This document shows, piece by piece, positions 11,501-23,743 of a stretch of 64,000 bases of DNA (the stretch's first letter is position 1; each line of letters opens with the position of its first letter). The position numbers and the translations under genes were made by a program. The notes under the pieces are model-generated. The model did not search any database. It saw only the letters and a program-made list of their open reading frames with translations, and had not been told where the DNA came from. Source of the DNA: Vermamoeba vermiformis (lineage: Eukaryota); NCBI GenBank assembly GCA_045837725.1, contig JBEWZL010000261.1:1-64000 (forward strand), in the 5' to 3' direction.

Positions 11501-13591
11501 CTTTGAATCGAAGTTCTTCTGGGCTATTTGCATGGTTAGTACGAAGCAGCCGAGATCATACTGTACTCACTTTAGTTTGCTGCTCGTCACTTTGTGTACA
11601 GCAAGTGTCCACGAGTCACAGAACCGCTCAATTGATGGATTGTCCAGTGGCTCAATAGTGACGTGAATCACGTCATCACTAAAGAACGATTAGATCTTGC
11701 TAGGTACTACAAGACAGTCGTCCTTACCTCAATGGGCACGCATGATATCCAGCAATTCGACTCGTGACAATTAGTTGATTGCCTTGACTTTCAGTTGTTT
11801 CAGTTTGCCTCTTCTTGTCAAATGCATTCCATGGGTTCCAATATTGCTCCACATTGTTACTTTCAGGCAGTCGGACCCATTCGTGAACAAAGGCCTCGAC
11901 TTCTTTCACAATTTCTTCACGCTCGCTGCCAGTGGTAATTTCATCGAGCCCATCCAAAATAATCACCGCTTGATCACGCTTTAAGTACGATTTGATCATC
12001 TCATTTAATGTGTCTGCTGGCACCGGTGGGTATTGACCTGCAAATCCAAAATTAGTCAATTGCACGAGTGATATATCGAGTCACGTACCTAGCCAGGAGT
12101 GAAAGCCCAAAAAGTCAATCAACTTCAATTGAGGCTCCTTGGCTCGTGCCTCACTGTACTCGCTGACACGCACGAGCACGGGGAACTTTGGAGGTCCAGA
12201 CTCGAGGGTCTTCAAGTCGTCTTCCATCACCTCTTGAGGGTTCTTGCGATATCGTTTCTTATTTACAGGCACAGAACTCGCTTCACTTGATATGCTGATG
12301 CTCTCTTCCCCATCTATTTGCATCGCATCTGCTATTGATTCGTCCTCTCCCTCGCCATCATCGTTGTTATTGTTGTCATTCTCTTCACCATTCTGATCGT
12401 GTTCATTGTTGTCCTCGTCTGCATCCTCTCCTTCCTCGTCTTCTTCTTCATAATCTTCGGCCTCTTCGCTAGCAGATTCAATGCTTATGCCATCGCCAAT
12501 CGTCTCATTGTTATTGTTGTTATTTACAGGTTTTTCTTCGGCGGAATGGTTTTCTTCAGAGCCTTTAGTCTCTTTTTGCTCTTTCTTAGCGAGTGCAGAT
12601 CGTTGTAATATTTTGTTCTTGAAATTTATGGCGACTTTTTGTGTGATAAAGCGTGCTAGAGTTGTTTTGCCCGAGCCTGGATCACCCAAAATTACGAGTA
12701 CCTTAGGCGCCATATTAGAAAACGCCAACTAACAAAATTACTACATACTTGTTCTTTTTGGAATGCTTTACCAACGGTTAACTTTTCAGGGCGAATAGTT
12801 GCAAACCGATCCTTTTTATCTGCTTCCCAAGGCCGATCGCGTTCTACCAATGATGGCATAAATGGACTACGACAAGACAATCGTTAGAAATCAGACGAAT
12901 TTACGGAGTTCATCGTCATACCTGAGCGACAAGAATCGCCAGCGCAGTGCCCGAGCATTTTTCCTAACGTGCGGAATTAGATCGAGAAGACAACTGTCTG
13001 AAATTGCAGCCTACCCTTCTCCACCACTGAGATTGTCATTAAATTCAATATCGTCCATCGTGTATTCTAGTTCTCGAAGTTCACGCTCGAATAGCAAACG
13101 GCTCTGTTTTCTTTCGTATCCGCTGGAAAAGTCACCTCTGTAATCAAATAATCCGTTTAGATAATTAAAGAAATTATTTTAATGACCAATTGCCGTATAA
13201 AAAGAATTATTTCTGCAAGAATAACGCGTTGCAGGTCAGATCTGAATTCAATAATTTTTAAAATTCAGAATCTTTTTTTCTCGGGACAAATTTACTACGA
13301 TTAATTTCTTAATACGAGCACTTACTTCAGAGTGACGTAAATCATATCCAAAGGGACCGTGAGAGTCTCACCAGAATTTTTTGTTATTCCACGCAACTCC
13401 ATTTTGGAGTGTTGCTCTAATATCCATTCGATATAATTCTTTAAATATACATCTTCAATATTATGTACAATGCGTTGAAAAAGGTTGTCAGGAAGATCTT
13501 CCCGCAGATTGCCATAAAGGGAGAAATTCTTTGCAATAGTCTTGAGGACTATATTGAACAATGACTCTACTTCGTTTCGCTCGGGGTTCAT
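5505..13591 (-). CDS. Large NACHT-family STAND NTPase with long alpha-helical (HEAT/TPR-like) C-terminal region, multi-exon
   Basis: Walker A VILGDPGSGKTT, Walker B IILDGLDEI, sensor VTSR, HD1 LATNPLLLT and WHD YGFLHLTFQEYLAA, then RWREVIILA. Collinear minus-strand ORFs joined by short GT-AG introns run to the stop at 5505. Confidence 0.85.
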
Positions 13592-13724
13592 ATTTATAAT
13601 GTCATATTACTTGCGTGTGGTATTCATTTTCGTAATTGATTCAGTTACTAAAAACGTCAGAAAGTGAAATTCATTTGAATGACTCACAGAATCCTGAAAC
13701 CTATCGTGCTAGGCAACCGTGCAT

Positions 13725-15308
13725 TTATTTTTCGAACATTCCCTTCTTGACATAGCCAGGTTTTTTCAAGACCTTTCCTTTAGCAATGACATATTTCAGC
13801 TCCAAAGTAGTCTTATCCAGGACGAGCAAATCGGCAGCACCTCCGACAGTGACTTGGCCCTTGCCTTGCTTGTTTAACAAATAAAGAATGGCTGGGTTGA
13901 TCGTCAACGGGCGAAGTGCTTCTGTCAACGACCATTTGTGCACTTTTACGAGCTCTTTCACTAATTCAAGCAACGACGTTGGTTGTGCAGCTGTGTAGCC
14001 GACCAACTCTCCTCGTGAGTCATAGGTGGGCAATGAACCTACATCAACTAAGTGAGAAAATTTACGCCAAGATTGTAACTTACCAAATGCATCAGAGCTG
14101 ACAGTTACTCGCTCTAACGGATGACCCTCTTGCTTCAAATTGAGCATTGATTGCACGACGACTGGATCTAACTGGCCATTCTCGAACTCGGCTGTCAAAT
14201 CGAACCATCCACCCTCTTTCAACCATGTTTTGCCCTCTTCAAACAGCTTGGGGTTTCGGCACATGTGAGTAGGAACGAACGTAGTGATGGGTATCATCGT
14301 CTCCTATATAGCGGCCGATCATTAATCAGTGTCATCAATCACTCTGCAGCCGTACCTTAACGATCTTCCACAGAGGACCAAGACCAGTTTCTCCATCTCC
14401 CATGTGCACGTGCACTTTGCCTGACTTGCCTGACAACATTCCAGCAACACTAATGATAGGTTAGCTTAAAAGACGCTTCTACACAGCTTCGAAGTTACCG
14501 TGCTTCAGAGGCGATTGTGAGCAAATCTTGCATTGAGGGGTAGCTCGATCTACGGCAAGAATGAAAAACGCATCATTGACATTTCGATCGTTATTCTTAC
14601 CTGTGATCTGAGATGCAAATCTCGCCTACACCAATAACTTGTTCGACTAAAGTGATGTCACGTTTGACAGATCCAGTCAAAGTAACCACTGGGAAGTGAT
14701 AGCTACCGGTGTACATGTACGCGGTAATGCCGTCTTCGTTCAGTGCTCGGGCCTTGAAGAGCACCGTTTCTAAATTACGTGACACGTTGTCCGTGCCCAA
14801 CACTCCAATGACAGTAGTAATCTAAAGAACACGTTAAATCAGCGAGTCGTATCATTTGCACGATTCTTACTTACGCCTGCTTCAATGAATTCGGACACCT
14901 GACTTTCTGGCACGCGTGAAGCAGGACCTTTCTCACCACCGCCACCTGAATCGATTAGAAATGACGTGATCGCATTTTAATAATTGCATTAGGCCTACCT
15001 ATAATATGCACGTGGCTATCAACAAATCCTGGAACTACAAGGTCCCCTTGCACGTCAATTACGGTCACATCCGTTCCTGCATCACAGAATAATCGTTTCA
15101 ATTAGTATTTACAGCGTAACTATTTTTTTCTCTATTTTTAAAATATTATTGTGCTATTATAAGCGAAAAATTTCAAGATCTTACCGCTCAACTCGATCTT
15201 GTCACGGATGTCAACAACTTGAGAAGACAGCAGAATATCCTTGATTCCAATATGATCTGGAGAATATATATCCGCGTTTTTTAGTTGAATCAGGATTGGT
15301 GTGGTCAT
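13725..15308 (-). CDS. iadA: Isoaspartyl dipeptidase (beta-aspartyl peptidase, amidohydrolase superfamily), multi-exon
   Basis: Motifs VPGFVDSHVHIIGGGGEKGPASRVPE, GTDNVSRNLETVLFKARALNEDGITAYMYTGSY, ISDHRSS, GKVHVHMGDG, TVSSDAFGSLP and G(G)AADLLVLD match the IadA family. Confidence 0.9.
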
Positions 15309-15461
15309 CTTGTGATTGCAATAAATATCTTCGAACGTGATTTTCCTGCAACCTTTTCTTTTTCAGCATGCCGGGTCCTCTAAAATTATTTCTACACTGG
15401 ACCAGCTGAACACATCTACTTAGGATCTAAGCAAACCTTCTAAACTACAAAGCACAAAGGC

Positions 15462-17247
15462 ATGCTGAAAAACATTGTAACACGGAGCACGGCTTTGGTA
15501 AGTCGATCACTCCCAAAAGTATACTTGAATGAAATTAATTATCCAACGCTAAGCCAATCTTCGAAATGATAACCTTATTTTCCGCTTCTAGATCCGTCGG
15601 AATTTACGTAAAGAAATTAATAAAAATTACTCTTCCAGTCGTACGGTAAGAATTATATGTGATAAATCAAATTTTGGCGTTTGAAATTCTGCACGTTCGG
15701 TACTAACGAAATTGAATCGTTGCCTTCAGTTTAGAACTAAAGATCTCTATTGTTTAGGCCAAATCGAGCTCGCAATTCGCGCAGTGGGTAAGGAAAATTT
15801 TTTTAACGCATTTTGGAGACTTTAAACTAGACTTTTCCAGTGGTCTGAAAATCGATCCGCATCCGCGCAATTTTCTTACAGCTTTTTAGGTCGGCGTAAA
15901 ATCAGGATTCGAAGCCAGTGTCGGCAATACTCCTCTAATTAAATTAAAATCAATTGGCAAGGAGACCGGTTGTGACATTTTAGTTAAAGCGGAGTTTATG
16001 AATCCAGGTACAGTAAACACGTTTACTGCTTGAGCTGAGCCGAACCAACGCTATATCATAAGGTGGGTCCGTTAAAGATCGTGCAGCACTAGCAATTATT
16101 CAAGACGCCGAAAAGAAAGGCTTGCTCAAGCCTGGAGGAACTGTTATTGAAGGTACGTGTTCGAAACACGATTGATGATGTAGCACATTATAACACAGTC
16201 CTTAGGCACTGCTGGAAATACTGGCATAGGCATGGCACACGTATGCAATGCACGAGGGTACAAACTGATCATCTACGTAAGCAATGAAATAGCGCTAAAA
16301 CTGGCATTCTAACACCTGAGTAAAGATGCCAAACACACAGTCACAAGAAAAGATTGACTTGCTGAAAGCTCTCGGAGCTGAAGTGCGACCAGTGCCCGCT
16401 GTGCCGTTTGATAACCCAGCCAATTACAATCACCAGGTCGGTTGTTGAACTAAAATACAATTGCTGTTACTAACGCGGATCCAGGCGAAAAGAGAAGCAG
16501 AGTCCTTACCCAACGCAATTTGGGGCAATCAATTCGATAATGTAGCGAACAGAGACGCACATATTTACACGACAGGACCCGAGGTACGAATCTGGCAAGT
16601 TCATGTCGCGTGCATGTCGACTAACTTGTGACACAGATTTGGGAACAAACGGGCGGAAAGGTCGATGCATGGACAGTAGCTACAGGCACTGGTGGAACTT
16701 ACGCAGGAGTGGCCATGTATTTGAAATCGAAGAACCAAAATATCAAGTGCGTGCTCGCTGATCCACCTGGCAGTGTGCTCGCTTCGTACTTCACCACTGG
16801 AAAGCTAGACCGAGCAGGTACTGATTATAACGAGGAGTTGCACGTTATCTAATCACTCGACTAGGCTCATCGATCACCGAAGGTATCGGACAAGGTCGCG
16901 TGACTGCTAACCTTAAAGGCGCACCAGTAGATTATGCAATGTCAATTCCCGATGAAGATACGATCAAGATGGTCTTCAGACTGTTGCACGAAGAAGGTTT
17001 TTTCGTCGGAGCAAGCAGCGGTTTGAACGTTGTTGCTGCTGTTGAGGTTGCCAAAAAACTTGGTACGCGTATGAAAATATAACGAAACTAGTACTAACTT
17101 ACTATAGGCCCTGGACATACCGTGGTTACGATACTTTGTGACGGCGCCTCTCGTTATCAATCGAGATTGTTGAGCAAGAAGTGGCTCACTAGTAAGAACT
17201 TACTGGATCACGTTCCAAAGAACTATTGGTCTTCTTTGTCTGAATAA
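15462..17247 (+). CDS. Cysteine synthase (PLP-dependent O-acetylserine thiol-lyase family), probable mitochondrial presequence
   Basis: Motifs [46 protein letters not shown] and GASSG. The N-terminus is Arg/Ser-rich. Confidence 0.92.
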
Positions 17248-17347
17248 CACTAATAATAGTGCAATATGTAATATCGGAAATAAATCTCCTTTCGGAGGAA
17301 TTGATCTATTTACAATATTGTACACGGATCGACCCACGTCGATAACA

Positions 17348-18073
17348 TTAATGCTTGCTGTTCAACTGGTCTTCAGCAATCTCTTTTAGCGCCTCTCGTA
17401 CCAAGTGTAATCGATCCTCTATTAATCACAAAGAAGATTATTAGGTTGCATTGTTTGATGGGAATACTTACCAACTAATTTTATCTTTTGCTTTAACTGC
17501 TGTGCTAATTCTTCGTTCTTTTTCTGCAACTCGCTGAGCTTTTCATATTGAATTTGCTCCGTGTCCTCAATGCCAGGCATCGATTCTACCAAAAAATCGT
17601 TAGACGAATATTTTCCAGGCTGTGTCGCTTACCAATATATTGCTCTATTGTTTTACTCGTTTGTACTATGTGAGAAGCGAGCTCTTTCAACTGTTCGTCC
17701 GTTAGTTCTGGTGGTTTTGGTTCGGATGGCGAAGATGCCGGAGCACCGTCTGAAAAAAGCAATAGTTATTTTTAAAATTATTTCCAACGCACAAGATAAT
17801 TTTTTTAACATTCGTTATTCCATAAATGACACCTCTGCGATTTAAAGTATCGAATTATGTGCACAGACGGAAAAACCTCGAGCTCTCAATTCGTCTCGCT
17901 CAGCACAATTAATTCCTGTTTTGCGGCATAGACTCACCTTTAGGCTTTTTTTCTGCTTTGGGAAGCAAACCGAGATTCGCTGGAGGCGCATCTCGTTGTA
18001 TGGCACCAACGGACGTGTAAAAGAGCCTGCCCAGGTCATCAATATAAGATTGGAGCTCCGTTAAGCGGTCCAT
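17348..18073 (-). CDS. MED21: Mediator complex subunit 21 (Srb7)
   Basis: N-terminus MDRLTELQSYIDDLGRLFYTSVGAIQRDAPP and a C-terminal coiled coil after MPGIED. Confidence 0.85.
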
Positions 18074-18270
18074 CGTGGTGTTGTGAATGTACGGGAACAA
18101 TCTGATTCTCTGCTGAATATTTTTCATTTTTGAAATTGCGCTTTTTTTGAAATACACAAGAATCGCTTTGGTTCTGTAATGCAACGCAATTCTAGACCAA
18201 TCCAGATTCATCGCAACCATATTTTGGCGTATAAACTTTTCAGTAGTCATACTTGTTAAATTTCAGCCAG

Positions 18271-20068
18271 ATGGAGGTAAAAATTCGATTTACGCTCTTT
18301 GAATTTTGAAACTAAGAAAAAAATATTTAGAAAATTTTGTAATGTAATTAAAATTTATTAATTCACCTCCATTAATTTAGGTATCAGATGCCTTTTCGAT
18401 CCACAAGCTTGTCAAAGAAAATACAGCAATTCGAATAGTAAAATTGAAACATTTGATCGTCCAAGGCTATGACTGGAACACTTCGCAATGCGAGTTGTTC
18501 GTGGACGCCATTAAACACTGCACCTCATTAACCTCCCTAAGACTGCCATTGGCAAATTACAACCTCGTGTATTTGCTTCGCAACATATTACCCTCGCATC
18601 CTACAATTCGCTCCGTCACCATTCAAGCTGACGAACTCTTCGAGACACAACTCGATAGAAAAAATGATCCAAGACGCACACTGGACAGAACTCAAATTCA
18701 TCGGAGAAGAAGAACCGACCACACCACGCAAGTCTATTATCTAAAATATGTCGTGGCTTAATGAAGAACAACACGATAACAACACTGGATCTGTCGCGGT
18801 GTTTTATCGAGCAACGAGGTATTGAGGACTTAGAAGAATTATTTAAAGTGAACAATACGATCAACTCGCTGCTAATTGATGTCGACAGTGAAGCGAATTT
18901 GGATTTGCTGTCTAACGTGCTACAAGAGAAAAAACAACTCATTTCATTCGGCATTCTGGGTGCTATTGAACAGGATGGCAACTGGACAACCCTGGCGCAA
19001 GCTCTTAGAGCCAACACATCTCTGACGCATTTAGAACTACATCCTCAAGTCAGTGAAGGCAGTGCACAAGAAATTGTCGAATTGATCCACAATAACCAGT
19101 TGAAAAGCTTGGAAGGCGATTTCTACGACGAGGATATGGACCTCATTTACGAAGCGATGTTAGCCAATACGTCTTTGACCAGTCTAGACTTTGGCGGTTC
19201 ATATTACAACAACTGCGACTTGGTCAGTGAAGTCATCAAGGTGCATCCAGCTCTGAAACACTTCTCGCTTTCTGTCGGCAGTTCGAACAAAAGTCAAATT
19301 GTGCCAATATTCGATGCTTTGAGACACAATACCAGCATAACCAGCTTGAATATCGCTGGCAGCACTTTTGATACGATGTGGCAGGAGATTCGGGAAATGT
19401 TCAGCTTTAACACAACAGTGCGTCACTTGACTGTTTCTGACAGTTGCTTCTACAAAGACGATTGGAAATTTTTCAAAGAGGTGTTATGCTCTAGTAGTGC
19501 GTTGAAGAGTCTTACTTACACCAATTCTTTGCCTGAACACTCGGAATGGGAAGAAATGTGTCAAGGCATTAAAATGAACTCGTCACTTACTTCACTAGTA
19601 CTCAAGGTGGATGATGACATGAGCAAGGCAACATTGGACACCTTATTTGCCGCACTCAAAGGAAATACAACCCTGCGATCGCTGACTATCGAGGCTCCAG
19701 CGGTGAACCTCTCCAAATATCACCAAAGCAGTTTTTACGACAATTTGAACCTCGAATCTGTACTTCTCATTGAACTATCACTGGACTCGGGGCTAGTTCG
19801 ACAAATCGAGCAGCGAGGTTTTGAGAGGAAAGTAGCACGACGAAGAGAGGTCACGAATCTCATTATTTCACTGTTCAACATTGCACGTAGACCAGAATCG
19901 TTTGACTTATTTCCAGCTGAGATCTGGCTCCAGATATTTAGGAACATCAACTCGACGTACTTGGATGTACATGGCGTCTTTGCTGCCATCTTGACTGACC
20001 ATACAATAAGAAAGATGGTGGACTTTGACAAAGATGTATTTGTTCCCTTTAGTTGCACCTTCGAATAA
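18271..20068 (+). CDS. Ribonuclease-inhibitor-like leucine-rich repeat protein; apparent frameshift(s) near 18650-18760
   Basis: Repeated L..NTSLTxLxL motifs. Short ATG-GAG first exon, then GT..AG intron. C-terminal F-box-like LFPAEIWLQIF. Confidence 0.75.
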
Positions 20069-20257
20069 ATGTAATACGCAACTTGCTCTTTTTTACTAAT
20101 TAACATATTTTATTAAAATTACAACTAGTAGCTCGTTTTTTTGGCCATGCCGATCAAAAATACAAGAGAGTCAATCCTGTGTTTGCGGATCTCCCCAATA
20201 AATACGATATTGTTATTTATGTTACATTTCTGTTTGCTATTTACTATTGTGGTTATA

Positions 20258-23095
20258 TTACTTGGGCTTTGCGGTGTATTTTTCGAGTTGATCTGTTAAC
20301 CACAACCGACGCGTTCGTGTTTGAGCAAATCCAGGTGCAAAATATGCTGCTCGCTCAGAGTTGATCACTAATAAACGAATATTACATTAGTATACTTGTT
20401 ATACTTTTTTTGAATTTAACAGGACTATTCCGCTGGCCAAAGATAAAATTTAAATTTGTTCGCGATCAGATTTCATTTTTGCAAAATGCCGTCTGAAACC
20501 GATCGAATAGAATTAAATTTGCTTAGCTATTAGATGCACGCCAATGTTAAGCATGTACAATCAGGTATCCAAAGTGGACATTAAATTAATAATAAAGTAT
20601 ACTGCATAAATTACGTCGTGTCTCGAAAAATTTCCAAAATCATTAAAATGTGCACCAATGATATCTTATAATGCCCTATTATATGCTATAAAACACTTAC
20701 ACTTCGTCAGCAAGAAATTCCTGAACTCGTCATTCTGTTCCCAGATCTTGTTTGAAGGCAAAACTGGACCGTGTGGCAAGACACCCTCTTTCGAGCACAT
20801 CGCAAATTTGTATCGCGGCTTATCACCACCGTCCTTGATGAGTTGAACGACTGCGTAGACATCTGTTGTAACAATACTGAATTAAGGAAAAATAGTCGAT
20901 TGTGAGGATCTGACACGAATTTAGAACTCGTATCGAAATAATTTCAGTGGCATATCATAGGTCGCAATATATATGCCCGTGTATTAAAAAACAACGGATG
21001 TATAAGAAGATAGTAAGTCGAATAAGGATACGGTTAAACTTCGATGAAATGGTTTTCGGGTTGAATCCACCGTTAGGTCCGTCTTGGAACACGATCACTA
21101 CGACGTCATTGCCAATGTGACGCTTTCGCTCGAGTTGTTGACGATTGACTGCACTGTGTGGCAACAGTGTTGAGACGTGGAACATGATCTCGAAGCCTTC
21201 GTGTTTAGTGGCATAGGAATGAGTGCCTGTAGTATTCTCTGCAAGTAATATAACGATTAGATTTGTGGCCTAAGCTTTAGACGATTAATGGTTCATGAAA
21301 ATTAAAGTGGAAAAAGAGGCCGAGGGAACGGGTAAATTAATTGCGCCGATGCAAAATGAAATTAGTCAGTGGAGTAATACGATTCTCCTCGAGTAATCCA
21401 CACTTTTCTTAAAGAATAATTGCTAGAAAACAGCGTGACAACTAGATCGGTTGATCCCGCCATCGCCGGAAATATCACCGAGAAATAGCGCCACAATGTT
21501 TGTAATCGATTAAATAGCTCCAAATCATTGCACAACATTAGAGCATGACTTTGTGCACGATTCAATTGGGAGATTGGACGAGATTAAATTAATGGATCGA
21601 ACCAAGAACTTACCGTGCACATCCAAACCTCCGTTGTAGCCTTTGTAACCTTTTAGCTTGACTCTCTCACCCAAAAAATCCAAAAAACTATTAAATGCAT
21701 CGCTGCCGGTCTCTGCAAAAAAAGAATAAGAATGCGATCAGATGGGCACATCTAACGAGGTCCACGTACCGTTACTGAACATATCCATTTCGTCCGTTTG
21801 TCCCTCTGCACAATATACAACGCCCATACGATAGGCTTTAATGAACAAACGGTCTTCCATGTGTAGCAAGTCAGTTTTCAGTTGATCTTCTTTGACCTCC
21901 GTAAACTCCAAGTTCTCGATAAAAATATCTGCTGCTTCTTTTTTCAGCTGTTTTAACATCTTATCGCGCTTTGACGCTTGAATACGATAATAGTAATCAT
22001 CCTATGAAACAATTGTAAGCCTCAAGAGGTCGCAAGAATATTTATTGCAACTTACTTTCTTCGTGCGCACCAAGATCCGCCAGTCTGTTCCTTTCTTGGT
22101 TGTGTTTTCTGCAACTACTGATACAATGTAGGGCGATGCACTATTACCACCGACGTAATTTGTGTGTTCTAATTAGCAAGAGAATGTCAGAACGCAATTT
22201 TAAATTATGTGAAAGGAGGATCGACACGGCGAAAAGTGTCGATGGTAAATGAAACAAGCCCGTTTAATTTAGGGGTTTTCCGAGTCAAAAGACATTAATT
22301 GCGGTGAGCAAAGAAAGGTCGTTAAACGAGGATTAATATCCGCGCGATCCCCTCGATGCGCCAAAGTTAGAAACGGATTCCAACCAAAATTTCAGAATTT
22401 TGCCACCTTTTCATCGAGCATAGTGCTTACCTTTGTTATAGAAATGATCTCTGTAATATAAACTGTGTTTCTCTTGTTGTTCGAGAACTACTTCTCGATT
22501 CGACGGCCGACCGCCAAGTTCGACCCGAAATCCGACCTCAGGAATTATCAATGGAGGGTTCTTAAGATCGATTGGGAAGCCCTGAAGGAATATTAAAGAG
22601 TTAATTACTCAAATACAACAAATTTTTTTAAAGTTAAAAGCCGTTAATTAAATCCAGAATTGGTGAAGGGAGCAGATTACATAATTTGAATGGACAAGAA
22701 ATATTATATTAATACTCGTGGACGCAGACAAAAATATATATTATTCCATTGAGGGTTAATATTGATAATAACTCCGTTTTTGTTTGCATGCAATTTGACC
22801 GATAAAAATATAAAATCAGTGGCCTAATATTGTAATTTACCGATTGTCATAAAAAAATATCAATATAATTACCTCGGGATCTTCAATATATTGATGTAAC
22901 TCGTAAACGTCCTGCTCTTTTTTCGCCATCTCTTTCGTTCTTGGTGAAATTGGATCGCTATCGTTACCGGGGCTGGTAGCAGCTATAAAAATGAATTAAT
23001 ATCGTCGATTTGCGCGCTGCCTGATCGATTGCCAGCCACATACCACTCAAATCTACGACTTTTACTTGTTTTTGCTTGCTTGATTTTCCACCCAT
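20258..23095 (-). CDS. Rap GTPase-activating protein (Rap_GAP domain), multi-exon
   Basis: Motifs GYNGGLDV, FHVSTLLP, QQLERKRHIGNDVVVIVFQ and FLLTK-INSERA. MGGKSSK N-terminus is myristoylation-like. Confidence 0.9.
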
Positions 23096-23743
23096 AAGTT
23101 GTTGTCACTAGGCCATAAATATTGAAAAGTTTCTATAAACCTACAAGACGAGTATTAAGTAAGTCGCCTCGAGGTGGTTGTCTCGTTGGAAAAAATTAAA
23201 TAATTAACCATGGACAAAAACAGGACTTTTAGCTGAAATCGCGCAGCTTGATATTTTCCTTGAAAGAGTAATTTGTATGATAGTATTATTACATGTAATG
23301 ATAATTAGACGAGGCAGTGAACTAAATTTAACAACTGAAACAAAACAAGGGTGTGACAAGATCAATATTTGATCGCAATTTTCCAACGGCCAAGTATATA
23401 TATACTTACTTTTCAAAATGTTTCGGACTCTAGTCGTGGCACTTGTGGATGCTACCAGAAACGCTAAATGTTGTGTGCAGCAATAAATTTTATCTATTCG
23501 GCTTCATTTTTTGGGTTGATTTGATTGACATCTTTTGTTTCGGAATTTCGGCTAGAAACAGGCGGTTCGGCAAGCACGTGCGTTTTGTTGGAGAGCGCCT
23601 AAAGCCGTCATATGGTTGCCTTAGGCACATTTATGACGCAATCACAGCTCACAGCACGATCCAAACGTACATCAAATTTAATATTGCGTAGTGAGTAAAT
23701 GAAAAAAATATCATGATTACCGCGGTCCTAAAGATCGTTTAAA

